DNA of 64,000 nt from Neoechinorhynchus agilis. Taxonomy: Eukaryota > Animalia > Acanthocephala. Each line of letters opens with the position of its first letter. The first letter of the stretch is position 1. The DNA is taken from the NCBI GenBank assembly GCA_051530055.1, contig CM121342.1:14523480-14587479 (forward strand). The letters run 5' to 3'. This document shows, piece by piece, positions 24,499 through 37,500 of the stretch. The notes under the pieces are model-generated. The model saw only the letters and a program-made list of their open reading frames with translations. It was not told where the DNA came from and did not search any database. The position numbers were made by a program, and so were the translations under genes.

Positions 24499-25545
24499 AT
24501 GTGTTTATTGACGAATTTTTCATTTCTGTTACTGCTACTGTGGATAGAGAGCGGGTGTCCGGCAACAACTTTTACGGTCCTGGGCGAACAAAGTCGCCCA
24601 GGAACAATTAATTCCAGTATTAAAGTGACTGCTTCGTTCGGGAACAATGAACTTCGCATTACACGATATGAGGACTATAACGAAACCATGCATGGAACTA
24701 GGCACCAATCCATTGTAAAAATCAGGCACGAATACAGCGTCCAGGTTCCTACGATCAAATTGGACAACGCTAGTCTTATTATCAATGAAGAAAATGTGAC
24801 TATCATTGTAGACTGCAAACACTTCTTCACTTACAAACTACCTAAAAATCTCTGGAAAACCGACGTCGTTGGTGGATCGGGAATTCGCGTTTTCAATAAG
24901 CTAAATTCAGGTGCTGCCCCGAAAATGGAGGTTAGAAACAAACCGGGTTTTAACTTCATTTAAACATCGCGTAACTTCGTGCAGGTCATGGAAGAGCAAG
25001 TGCATTGACTCGCTAACATTCTCCTCCCACAAAATTTTACTTTCTGTTGCCCAACAAATGCCAATTAAATTGTGAAAGTATTTTAAACTTAAGCAGGTTC
25101 ACGACGCCGATAAACGTCGGGGTTTAGCCATTCTTTTTAAAGGGCAGCATCTAACATAGATGAAGCCTTAAAATACATTGGCTGTAAGCCGAACACGCCT
25201 TGCGAAGTAGGGTTCGAATGTAATGGAACAGTGTCAGAGAATTCGGGAAATCCGAATGACAAAGGAGAAATGCTAGCAATTGGTAAGAGGATTGATCGTA
25301 TTGAACAAGGCCTTAGTGACACATCAAATGCTGGCATTGTCGCTAGGGATGCTCTTGACAAGAAAATCAGTAGTGTTCTTGAGGCAGTCTATCGTATGTC
25401 CTATGCATTCGACAAGATCATTGACGAATTTCAGGGACTTAATATTACAAATTATTCAATTAATGATGAGGTCGGAGGAAAAACAAATAAAGAACCAAAG
25501 CAGTCTAAACGAGAACAAGATTACATTGAAGGTCGGCGTTTATGA
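24499..25545 (+). CDS. Exons of a putative secreted protein (signal peptide, Cys-containing and coiled-coil-like segments); may be the 5' part of the NHL gene
   Basis: MCLLTNFSFLLLLLWIESG is signal-like. Open frames at 24499..24963 and about 25140..25545. Linkage to 26044..26814 is inferred only. Confidence 0.5.
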
Positions 25546-26043
25546 TTGGATAAAAGCTCCAAGTATATTTGAGTTTAGATGAACCTGTATTTGTACAGTA
25601 TCCCAAAATTGCCAATTGTACAGTAAGTCAGTGGATAGGCTGAGTTTAGCGGGAAACAAACGTTCATTGGCCATTCTCGACCAGCGCTCTTTACTGGCAA
25701 TCGCTTCCTGTACTCCGAAGACCTTTATAGTTTACTATTTTTCTAGTGAAGTACCGTAAAAAATATTTGTTATACTAAATATACACACTGGAGTCAAACT
25801 TTGTGAGATTAAATCTTAACTGAATATAGATTTCTAATTAGATAACTGCAAAATCCTTCCATTATGATACTGAATTTCGCATTCTTGAATTAGACGTAAT
25901 TTCACAAAAGATGCGTTTTTAGGAGTAGTCAAATAAGAATACAATAACCTTAAGATGTTATATAGAAATGTTTTGGTATATTATGTCCATTTAGACCTCT
26001 TAAAGAACAGTTACATCTCTACTTACTGAGACGTCCCGAATAG

Positions 26044-26814
26044 GTGGACATTAACCAATATTTCAAGTCTCTTCGATTGGTCAGAGCCCATAATGTGGCA
26101 AATGCTGAACACGTAGTATCAACTGTGATTCCGGTGGATTTGACGGTCGTATCTCAAGGAGAATCTGAACTTTTGACCCTCATGCGCGACGGTGAAATTA
26201 CAGGATTCAGAGTATTTGCGACCAAACCAGGAAATATTGCTCATGATCACGAGGGCAGGTTTTATATTGGGGACTTTAAAAAGGGTTGGATCGCCACTCT
26301 TGACTCTAACTTACGAGTTGTCAAGTATCTTCCACAAAGACTTCAGCGTCCACTTGGCATTGGAATAAGTGGCAATCGATTGTATGTCTCGCAGTATGGT
26401 CGCCAATATCTGCATGTGATCACAACCGCTGGGCGGTTCATAACTAATATAACAGTAAAAGACGTAGACATCGCCGATGTATTTATCCGAGGTAGTGTCG
26501 TCTACGTGAGTGCAAAGCGGGGGATTCATAGATTTGACCTGGATGGTCATGCATTCGATGGAGCTTGGAACGACGGACTTGTGAAACCCCGGGATCTCTA
26601 CGTGGACGATACAGAGCGTCTCTGGGTTATGGACGAATTTACGAGGCAGTTGGTAGTTATGAGCACTTACGATGGAGATGTAATTGATCGTCTTGACCTG
26701 AGTGATATCACAAAAGCACCAACTGGCTTCGCGCTCGATGCTAACTGCACAATGTACGTGGCAGACAAAATCAAAGGAAAAGTCCTCGTCTTTAAACCAT
26801 CGGTTAATATATAA
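26044..26814 (+). CDS. NHL-repeat / six-bladed beta-propeller domain, terminal exon
   Basis: Repeats RPLGIGISGNRLYVSQYG, KPRDLYVDDTERLWVMDE, APTGFALDANCTMYVADK. The frame is preceded by an acceptor-like cgaatag at 26043. Confidence 0.8.
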   Translation: MDINQYFKSLRLVRAHNVANAEHVVSTVIPVDLTVVSQGESELLTLMRDGEITGFRVFATKPGNIAHDHEGRFYIGDFKKGWIATLDSNLRVVKYLPQRLQRPLGIGISGNRLYVSQYGRQYLHVITTAGRFITNITVKDVDIADVFIRGSVVYVSAKRGIHRFDLDGHAFDGAWNDGLVKPRDLYVDDTERLWVMDEFTRQLVVMSTYDGDVIDRLDLSDITKAPTGFALDANCTMYVADKIKGKVLVFKPSVNI

Positions 26815-27580
26815 AATTCAACTCTTCTTCAGTGATTTGATGAAAAAAGAATAACCACAATGAGGGCACTTAATTCCATCAATTCTAGTATTAGGTGATT
26901 ATTTTCAAATCATAAATGTTCCTAAATCATATCGATTCACAGTTTACTTTTGAACTTTTTTTCCAGTAAAGAGATCATCCGTACGTTCGGCCATTAAAGT
27001 TGTTTACACTGCAATTATTTGTTACACTTATAGAATATTAATTTACAAAAACGAGACTCAGGAATATTTTGAACGGTTATACGGAATACTCATCTTCTTC
27101 CAATAAAAGCTGAAACACGAATGAAATAATTAAACGAAACTCCTTTAGCACTGACCTAACAATTAAATATTTTAAAATACATGTGATAATAAATGACGAA
27201 TTTTTGAAGTTTTAAATCAAGTGATTAAATGTTGAGTACAGATCAGCATCCGCGCGTTAATAAAAGACGTATTTCATTATATTTTTGTCCTCCATTTTAA
27301 ACATAGAACACAAGTCATGACGAGCAAAGAAAGCATCGCGGTTCACAAATGAACGCCAAGATATATGAGAAAAGTATAGGCGATCGTTTGAGGACGAATC
27401 GAAGATTCTTGAAAGAAAAATCAATTAAGAGCGTTAACGAAAATTTGTTCCGCGACACCCAGTCAAACAAACACTCTGTCGTGTTATTGTGACTTTACCT
27501 GCTAATTTTTAGATAGAACTGAAAATGAATAGTACAAACAGTAAAAATATACATTCAACTTTAACTATAACGCCCGAGTG

Positions 27581-28960
27581 TTGATGATCGACCAAAATTT
27601 TAACAAAAAATTGATATTCCAACTGATTTTGGCAATGGGAAACGAACAGATTTGTCAATGGTGCGGAATAAAATGAAGATTCTGATAATCTCTTGGGCAT
27701 TTTTCGTGGTTGGTCGATTACTTTGGATGAAAATTTAATTTGCCCTGTATTCAATTTTAACGATCCCGCCAGAGCGTTGATGACCAACCGTAATTTTAAC
27801 CAAAAATTGATATCCCTACTGATTTTAGCAATGGGAAACGACCAGATTTGTCGATGGTGCCGAATAAAATGAAGATTCTGATAAGCTCTCGGGCATTTTT
27901 CATGGTTGGTCGATTATTTTGGATTAAAATTCAATTTGCCCTGTATTCAATTTTAACGGTCCCGCCAGAGCGTTGATGACTGACAAAAAATTTAACCAAA
28001 AATTGATATCCCAACTGATTTTGGCAATGGGAAACGACCAGATTTGTCAATGGTGCCGAATAAAATGAAGATTCTGATAAGCTCTCCGGCATTTTTCATC
28101 GTTGGTCGATTATTTTGGATTAAAATTCAATTTGCCCTGTATTCAATTTTAACGATCCCGCCAGACCGTTGATGACCGACCAAAATTTTAACCAAAAATT
28201 GATATCCCAACTGATTTTGGCAATGGGAAACGACCAGATTGTCAATGGTGCCGAATAAAATGAAGATTCTGATAAGCTCTCGGGCATTTTTCATGGTTGG
28301 TCGATTATTTTGGATTAAAATTCAATTTGCCCTGTATTCAATTTTAACGGTCCCTCCAAAGCGTTGATGACCGACCAAAATTTTAACCAAAAATTAATAT
28401 TCCAACTGATTTTGGCAATGGGAAACGACCAGATTTGTCAATGGTGCAGAATAAAATGAAGATTCTGAAAAGCTCTCGGGCATTTTTCATGGTTGGTCGA
28501 TTATTTTGGATTAAAATTCCATTTGCCCTGCATTCAATTTTAACGATCCCGACAGAGCGTTGATGACCGACCAAATTTTTAACCAAAAATTGATATCCCA
28601 ACTGATTTTGGCAATGGGAAACGACCAGATTGTTAATGGTGCCGAATAAAATGAAGATTCTGATAAGCTCTCGGGCATTTTTCATGGTTGGTCGATTATT
28701 TTGGATTAAAATTCAATTTGCCCTGTATTCAATTTTAACGGTCCCGCCAAAGCGTTGATGACCGACCAATTTTTTAACCAAAAATTGATATCCCAACTGA
28801 TTTTGGCAATGGGAAACGACCAGATTGTCAATGGTTCCGAATAAAATGAAGATTCTGATAAGCTCTCGGGCATTTTTCATGGTTGCTCGGTTATTTTGGA
28901 TGAAAATTCCATTTTCTATTCATTCAATTTTAACGATCCCACCAGAGTGTTGATGATCAG
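27581..28960. repeat. Tandem array of 7 units of 195-196 bp plus a partial unit
   Basis: The ttgatga marker occurs at 27581, 27777, 27973, 28169, 28364, 28560, 28755 and 28950. Confidence 0.96.
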
Positions 28961-29139
28961 CAGTAAATATTAATATGTTTAAAATAAAACGCTATGATCG
29001 AGCGTAAACTAATCAACGCGCCGCTCAACAGTCCTCAACGCGTTGAAAAGGACGACAATGAATACGTGAGGTATCGTAAACGGAAGAATTATTCATTATT
29101 ATTATACGATCGGACATCTTGGATGCTTTAGTGTGGGAG

Positions 29140-31952
29140 ATGGAGTTTAGAACTCGTAAAAGACGCTCAAAGAAGATTAGAACAAATACAAACGAAGATG
29201 AAGATGATGAGTACGAATCCATTGCAGGTGTCGATCCGAGTGCGAATGTTTCGTATGCAAAGCTGAGTTTCACGTCCGATGAAGACGAGTGCGTTCCGGA
29301 ACTCAAGCCGAAACCGAAAAAATCTGAAGAGGTTGCCTTTGCGGCATGTCCAAATGTTCAATCACCAAAAGTGCAAACTGGGTTTAAGGACCAAACATCG
29401 CTTACGAACGAGATTCCGTTAATTCCTGATCGGTCGACAATATTAGAGATAAAGAAGACGAGAGAACGGATCCGTCGCAAGGTTACAGCAGAGTTCATTC
29501 CGGTAGAAGATTGGAATCGTTTAGTTGAGGACGAAGTAGATGAACGAGTTGTTGAAATCGAAATGATTATGGACAAACAAGCGAAGGAGAGGCAGGCGGT
29601 TCGCGACAATTTCCTTTATTGTGAACAGAAGAGTAGTGACGACTCTGCTGAGAGTGATGAAGAGTTTCAAAGATGGGAGAGAGAGCAAATAATGAAAGGA
29701 GTTGGAGCCTGCAAAAGAATTAGTTCATTTGAGCATTTTATAACGCCGAAGATTAAAGAAGAAAAAGACGATGACCCGATTTCACACACTAATGTAAAGA
29801 TGATCAGCCTTGAGGACGTTGAACGCGTCTTATGTACCAGAATAGAGTCATTATCTAACGTTTTCAATCAGTACCAGAAACAACTTGATTCAATCTTGCG
29901 GACAGAGGATTCGTCAAGAAACGCGGCAATGCATGGTGCCAGTTGTAAAGAGGAAAACGAGGAAAAATATAGAGAGCTCAGGGAGCTTCGTATGTAAAAA
30001 GACTGATTGGAACCCTGTAGCGTCCCTAATCAAAAATGTTAGTAGGTTCTATTTCAAATTTTAAGGGATAATTGAAGAAATTCGATTTGCAAATAATGAA
30101 ATGTTAGAAGATTGAAAACTTCTCTTACCAGTTACTCAAAAGTGAAGCTGAATTTTTGAAAAGTATTCGAATCCAAGTGAAAACGCAAGAAAATTAAACT
30201 AAAAATTCAGGACCTTCGTTCAGTTCAAGAAAATACAATCTTAGAATTTTTTTCTCAGTTTTGCCACCCCACAGGATTCAAAAATTCACTGATTTATTTC
30301 GCCGATAATTCACGTCGGATAATTCCGACATTTCCCCCGAGGTTTGTCATTGCTTGTAAGTTTTCTACAATGTAAATATTAGTGAATTTAAATCCGAGCT
30401 TGCAAAATTACCAAAAGAAAGTCTAATCAAAAACTTAGAATTGTAGCGAATATGATCCCGGTTTAGAGGTGTCATTGTAAATTAATCTAATCGACTAGAT
30501 CTGTGAAGCTTTCGAAATATTTCTTAGCAAAAAAATGGAGTATATTCACCACAATTATAACTTTATCATCTCAAAGGATTTTCTCTCGGTGGTTATATAT
30601 TCAAACTTCTTTCCAAACAGTTACATATTTCTCAGATCTGTTCGATTGCTTATCCGAGAAGAATGATGAAGTAAAGCGGCACGAGAATAACATTCTATCT
30701 TTTTACGAGGCAAATGAGTCTAAACGAATCGAGAAAAGACGATTGATGATGGTGGAACACGAAGCTGCTATAAGAAATGGGCAAAGGTACATGACTACCG
30801 TCGATGTCGAAACGCAAATAGACAAGTACGAAGTGCCATGCGATGTTTTTAGGAATGTACATATTAATTTTTATAGCATTCCTTTTATCGCATCTCAGAT
30901 CCAAAGGCTTTGTGACGTGGATGTGTATCTGACGAACAGTGCTCTTATGGACATTTTGGAACCTTTGGTTAGTTATGAATTGCGTGATAGTTTTGTTGAT
31001 CTTAATCGAATAACGATAGATCGAACAGCGAATGAGTACGAGCTCCACATGTTGACGGACAAACCTTGGTTTCTCGAAATGCGGTCTTTTCGTCAAAGTA
31101 CATCTTATTGGTGATTTATAAGTGATTTTGATTAATTTTTATGTACTTTTATTTGAATTTGCATTATTTATCACCAAAAAATGTCCGTCTGAAATTGCTA
31201 AAGGTGCGATTACGGAATTTACTTCTTATCAGCAACTAATCCAGAATAACGCCAAAAGCTCTTTTTAGCAATCAATATAATTGCAAGATTAGATATCTTT
31301 TTATTGTGAGTTTCCTTTCCATAAAGAACCGCACTTCTACACATCTCTATGCCGTCTTTCATTTACGAATCAACAATTACTTACACTCGTTCCTGAAGTA
31401 ATTTCATGCGTTCTCTTTCGACGACTTCAACGTCTCGTCGATGCTCAATATGACCCAATGAGCTCAACGCAAACAACAGCAATCCTTCAAATTTTGCGAT
31501 TTATGATCGATACATGTTCGGTATCTATATCGGCTGAACAATACGAGTCATTACTTCGATGCGTTATACAGAAATTCAACGCCGTTTTGGACGAAGATAT
31601 CTATATTCCCCTCTACGAACCTAACTCAATGTTTAGCAACTCGGGTCAGATTGAATTTTTTGATAAGCAACTGCAGGATGCTGTTTCGTTATTGGCAAAC
31701 TTTTGTGAATGGTATGGGTATCTAAAAGACGACCAACTGCGTCCCATTGCAATTGGACGTCTGCTTAACCGAGTTGTTCTTGTCGGTGTTGGTTGCTGCT
31801 TGTCTGCTAAACGACTCAACGAAGCACTAAAAATATGTGAATCAATTCTTAAGTTTTGCCCTGAATCATGGCTATGTGGAGAAGGCGAAATGCTTAATAT
31901 TACTCTGAAAAGGCTTAAAGAAGAGTGCGAAAACGATGAATTGGTCGATTGA
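29140..31952 (+). CDS. PAXBP1: GC-rich sequence DNA-binding factor (PAXBP1/GCFC2 family), multi-exon
   Basis: LSFTSDEDE; DEEFQRWEREQIMKG; LEPLVSYEL...KPWF; DPMSSTQT; DEDIYIPLY...FFDKQ...LLANFCEWYG...LLNRVVL, all matching the GCFC domain. Confidence 0.85.
30235..30400. mobile_element. Partial copy of foldback family 2 in a PAXBP1 intron
   Basis: agttttgccac...gattcaaaaattcact.atttatttc...ccgacatttccc...ggtttgtcattg is shared with 52912-53210. Confidence 0.75.
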
Positions 31953-32039
31953 TGTTAAAATTTTGTAAAGAAAATCAATTGGTTTCTCTTTGATCGATTG
32001 ATAAAAATCGAACGTATTTGATCAAATTCTAATTTTCCA

Positions 32040-32640
32040 TTGCTAATAGAACCATCGATCTAACTACGCCTTAACCACATCAAAGATAATCATGCAAATC
32101 AAAGATTTCAGCACCAATCACAAACTTTACTTGAACCCAACGAGTTACCTCCCTCAAAATTTTTTTGTCTCTAATTTCAATCAAATATGAAATAAGATTC
32201 GCACATTACACTTTCCCCTCAAACACAATATCTTTAAAATCTACCTTCTCAAACGCTTCCGCTATTTAGGAATCCCTTCGCTCGATCTCTTCAAATTTTA
32301 ATACAGCTTAATTTTACCCTACCTCACCTTGCACAGTTTATTTTCCCAGCTAACCGAATGCCTTTAAAATTTTCAACAAACAATCAAAACGCTTTTCAAC
32401 ACTACCACCACAATTTTACCACATTTTATGCCCCCTTTCATACGAACACAATACTCGAAATTCGAATTCCTTTTATCGTCGGACATTTCGTACCTCCTCT
32501 CCTTTTTGTCGATATGTTAATAGGTACATTGACCTAAATAACACCTCGAAATGACAATTTATGATAACTGAGGTAATCACACCACTTCGCTAATTCCTGG
32601 CAGGCATTTCCATTCGAAAACTTTCTATTTAACTAAACAA
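32040..32640 (+). mobile_element. Decayed 3' portion of the L2/CR1-like LINE
   Basis: Nucleotide similarity to 52190-52460 (gatttc.gcaccaatcacaaac; gagt.acctccct; ctttaaaat.ta.ct..tcaaacgc) and to 38790-38950. Confidence 0.7.
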
Positions 32641-32689
32641 ATTTTTTTTTAAGATTTACAATTTATTTTAAAATGATTAAATCGTCCCC

Positions 32690-33500
32690 CGGACGCTGAC
32701 CGCATTTCCTCGTTGGATTGCGAGGCTTATTCTTTGTATCAGGAAAATCCTCTCGCGATTGAAACAGGGAGTCACATCATGGCTCTCGCAGACCGGTCTG
32801 CAACAAGCTCCAACCAACGCGCACGAACAATCTGCTTGGGATAAACCCTTAATCCTGACGGCTCACAACAAACTAAAAGGCCAGATGGACGAGATGTCTC
32901 AAGCTAGACTTGTGGCCAGTTCCTCGAATGAGTCAGGCGCATGGTTGAACGTTTTGCCAATTGGTACTTTGGGAACTTTGCTGGACGACGAGACAGTTCG
33001 AATAGCCGTCGCTCTACGTTTAGGACTTCCAACCTGTGCCCCACACCAGTGCCGATGTGGAATAAAAGTTGACGTGCTCGGGAAACATGGACTCTACTGC
33101 AAGAGATCGAGCGGTCGTTTCCCAAGGCACGCAGAGCTCAACGCGATCATTAGCAGAGCTCTGAACTCGATCCACGTTCCAACCATCCTGGAGCCCAATC
33201 ACCTTTGTCGCTCGGATGGTAAGCGTCCCGACGGTATAACCGTTTTCCCTTGGAAAGAAGGGAAGAGTCTAATTTGGGACGCAACATGCGTGGACTCACT
33301 CGCCCTGTCCAACCGGCAAGATGCTTTAGCGGAGACGGGAGGAGCAGCGAGTGCCGCCGAAAGGAGGAAAGCGGAGAAATACAATGAGCTGAAACAAAAT
33401 TACATTTTCCTTCCTTTCGGCGTGGAGACACAAGGGGCGCTGGGATCTTCGGCACGAAGCTTTTGTGCCGAACTCGGAAGACGACTTGCAGCAGAAACTA
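32690..33500 (+). mobile_element. CRE-clade LINE fragment (endonuclease domain), a diverged subfamily, truncated at both ends
   Basis: HQCRCG...HGLYCKRSSGRFPRH...RSDGKRPDGITVFPWKEGKSLIWDATCVDSLA...PFGVETQGALG in ORF 32759..33598. Confidence 0.9.
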
Positions 33501-33877
33501 AACAAATTGTAGACGCGGAATGTAGTAAGGATTCTGTTTTCTTCAAACGAAAATCGCAGTTAACTAAAAAACAATCAGAACATTATGACTACTTTTAGAA
33601 TGTACGACTTATTTGAGGGTGCATTGAACTATTGTTAAATTTTTCATTACGAAAGCCTTTTAAAATTACGTTGTAGTTTACTAAAATTTCGTTCAGCCTA
33701 ATATCTCACCTTTTTTAGATGGAGCGAGAAAAGATTTCATTAAAAAAGCAGTGTAAAAACATCCCATTTAATACTCTAAGAAGGCGAAAAGATAATGAAA
33801 ATGGCTTAGAAACAGGCGTGTTCAAGAATTTAGAGTGATTTTATCAAATCGTTCTAGGCACAACGAACAATATCTGC

Positions 33878-34056
33878 GTTTGTTTATGGCGGAAAAATTG
33901 ATGTAAATTATTAAATCCGATATTTCGGAGGCACAATATTGTGCCTTTATTAAAGTTGATTGATAGGTTTTTAAGTGTGTTTGATAAAGGCACACGATTG
34001 TGCCGAAATATCGAATTTAATAAAATTTCTTCAACTTTCTGCCATACACAAACATA
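33878..34056. mobile_element. Foldback family 1 copy; a further partial copy at about 34240-34360
   Basis: gtttgtttatggcggaaaaattga...gatatttcggaggcacaat is inverted against attgtgccgaaatatc...tcaactttctgccatacacaaac. Confidence 0.8.
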
Positions 34057-34585
34057 ATAATTCAATACTCAAGCGAAAAACATTTAGTCTCAAGTTTTAA
34101 TAAAGAGTGAAATTCAAGAAATCGAATCTATTAAAGAATAATACTGACATCGCTAGAACATGTTTTTGTCTCAATTTCAAAGCATCAACAGATGGTCCTA
34201 AATTCTTCTTTAAATGACTTATACGATTAATTCAGCTGCAGAAAAAATTGATATAAATCATTAAATCCGATATTTTGGAGGCACAATCTTGTGTCTTAAT
34301 CAAAATTTTTTGTGAGCTATCACAAATTTCTTCAACTTTTCCCGCCATGCAAAAACATGAGCAACTCAACCTTCAAACGGTCCAAGTAATTCATCAATGA
34401 ACTGTATCGATTCGTCGCATTGGTTCTTCAAAATAAGTAAACACGATGAGACGATTGTGGATAAGAGCGATTGAGTTTCCACTAGAGAATCATGTTCAAA
34501 GCGTCAATAATGTATTTCTTTCTGTACTGTGACGCCTGCGATCCTTTATAATTCAAGCCCCGATAAAAAAAATTATCTCTACTTC

Positions 34586-37500
34586 ATGCTTTTTTTGCTT
34601 TTCGTATATTTGGCGATGCAATGGGCATCGTTCAGTTCGGTTTCCGGCATAAAATGCTGGAATGCATTTGGCTTCAACGATGACTTGGGCCGAGCTTCTG
34701 AATGCCAACCACATTACGGAAATGGTATTATTGTCAGTACCGCGCCCATCTGTATATGGAAATTGGTGAGTTGTGATGGCGATCGGTGTGTAAGGTCGTT
34801 TCGATACACAAGAGTTTACGAAGATGATACCAGTAAAGGCCTTCAGATTTTCATCCAGCCCGCATATTGCTTCCACGATGATTCTGGGAATGCGAGTGCT
34901 GCATTTTGTTCCTCAGAAAATTGCGTAGCCTACATCAGTCCCAATAAACCACAAGGGTTGGGATCTTGTTGCTGCTCGAGAAATGGATGCAATCACGATC
35001 TCGAAATCGTAGAATCGGTGGTTATCCTCTCCCTTGCGGACTTTCACCTGGATGACGTGTCGCAATGTGATTGGTCAGTTTGCTGGATTTTCGCGATCTA
35101 AACGTGGGAAGAAACGCAAAAATAATGGTTTCGTCAATAATTTCCTAAGGAACTTGTTAAACATTCGCACGGGATCTTTGGCTAGCTTCTGAAATTTGTC
35201 TGATTTACGAAGCTCGAATGTCGCGTTTTCTGATAATCTTCTATGACCATCGTTTCTAAGATCGTTTTTGACCGATTCGCAAATCCTTGTTGCTGACTGA
35301 TACGAGACTTGTTAAATAATTTCCTAAGGAACTTGTAAAACATTCGCATGGGATCTTTGGTCAGCTTCTGAATTTTATCTGTGTGAAGGAGATCGAAGGT
35401 CGCGTTTTCTGATAATCTTCCATGTCCATCGTTACTAAGATCGTTTTTGACGGACTTGCAAATCCCTGTTGCTGGCTGATAAGAGACCTGTTCAATAATT
35501 TCCTAAGGAGTTTGTAAAACATTCGCGTGGGATCTTTTTCCAGCCTCTAAAATTTGCCTGTGTTAAAAAGTTCGAAGGTCCCGTTTTCTGATAATCTTCC
35601 ATGTCCATCGTTATTAAGAACGTTTTTGACCGATCTGCAAATCCTTGTTGCTGACTGATAAGAAACCTGTTCAATACTTTCCTAATTAGCTTGTTAAACA
35701 TTCGCATGGGATCTTTGGCCAGCTTCTGCATTTTATCTGAGTTAAGAAGCTCGAATGTAGCGTTTTCTGATAATCTTCTATGTCAATAGTTGCTAAGATG
35801 GTTTTTTACAGATTTGCGAATCCTTGTTGCTGACTGATAAGAGACCTGTTCAATAATTTCCTAAGGAGTTTGTTAATCATTCGCACGGGATCTTTGGTCA
35901 GCTTCTAAAATTTATCTGAGTTGAGAGGCTCGAATGTCGCGTTTTCTGATAATATTCCACGTCCATCGTTACTAAGATCGTTTTGGACCGATTTGAAAAT
36001 CCTTGTTGCTGACTGATGAGAGATATGTTCAATAATTGCAAAAGCGATTTGTAAAACATTCGCATGGGATCTTTGGTCAGCTTCTGAATTTTATCTCTGC
36101 GAAGGACATCGAAGGTCCCGTTTTCTCGTAATCTACTATGTCCATTGTTACTAAGATCGTTTTGGACCGATTTGCAAATCCTTGTTGCGGACTGATAAGA
36201 GACCTGTTCAATGATTTCTTAAGGAAATTGTTAAACATTCGCGTGGGATCTTTGGCCAGCTTCTGAAATTTATCTTAGCTAAGAAGCTCGAATGTCGCGT
36301 TTTCTGATAATCTTCTATGTCTATCGTTACTAAGATCGTTTTGGGCCGATTTACAAATCCTTGTTGCTGACTGATAAGAGACCTGTTTAATAATTTCTGT
36401 AAGAATTTGTTGAACATTCGCGTTGGATCTTTGGCCAGCTTCTTAAATTTATCTGAGTTAAGAAGTTCGAAGGTCCCGTTTTCCTTGTAATCTTCCATGT
36501 TCATCGTTAGGCCCATGTTTCCGCTTTCTTTGTCGATAACCACTGAACATAGAGTCGTCCAACTCTGATCCATTGTCTCACAAACCGGAATGCTTTAATT
36601 ATTATTGGCTTTTACTCTTAATACCGGCCGGCATGTTCGTAACTGTATGCAGCATTGTAATATATTCACGATGCCACAAATCAACTCCGTATTCGCTGTC
36701 ATCTAAACGGAGACAATATTCATTTTGTTCGAACGTGTTTGGTATCCATTCCCGTAATAAAAAAATAAAGTCCAATTCCGCTGCCAACACTGCCTCGACG
36801 TCTCTCGGTAGCAATGGTAAAATAAAGGTAGAACTCGCTTCGAAAGCACATAATGATGAGTCGGCATTGTTGCTCAACAATCATGAGTCAGAAATGGAAA
36901 GCATTGTTGAGTTATTCGAGCTTCGAGCTCGTGGTCGGTTCGGTTGTCTTTACCGTGCTTTAGATAAACATACAAATTCAGTTGTAGCCGTTAAAGTGTT
37001 TTCTCAGCAACATGCTCTGTCTTGGCTTAATGAACAACGAATATATCGGATGGAGTGTATGAGAACTGGTCATCCGGGACTACTCAAATTTATTGATGCT
37101 CAACACCTAAGATTCTTGAATGAAACAAACGAAATTGTCGACGAGTACCGAATCATTTCCGAGTTCCACGAACAGGGATCTCTGCATGATCTTTTAAAAG
37201 ATCGAACTGTTTCCGTCAATGAGATGCTTCGTATCGCTGTGACAATGTCAGCCGGCCTTTCGTACATGCATCAATCTTCAACAGTGCAGACGATGGCGGG
37301 AAAGATCAGTCCACATAAATCAAAGTTCTCGATTGCTCATAGAGATTTTAAAAGCAAGAATGTATTGATTAAAGCCGACATGACGGCATGTGTTGCTGAC
37401 TTTGGTCTTGCACTTGTGCTTGATCGCCATTTGGGAGAAATCCATTCGCAGGTAACCGACAAGTTTTCCACCTTTATAAGAATCTTTGTTTTCGGTTGAA

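Noticed and set aside
27581-28960. Hammerhead-like UUGAUGA ... GAAACGA...GUC in the 196-bp monomer
   Set aside because: No stem I pairing at the cleavage site, no credible stem II, and the core strands are about 55 nt apart.
33500-33840. C-terminal extension of the CRE ORF (KQIVDAEC...) as a novel fusion
   Set aside because: Similarity to the other CRE copies stops at about 33500; the remainder is read-through into unrelated AT-rich flank.
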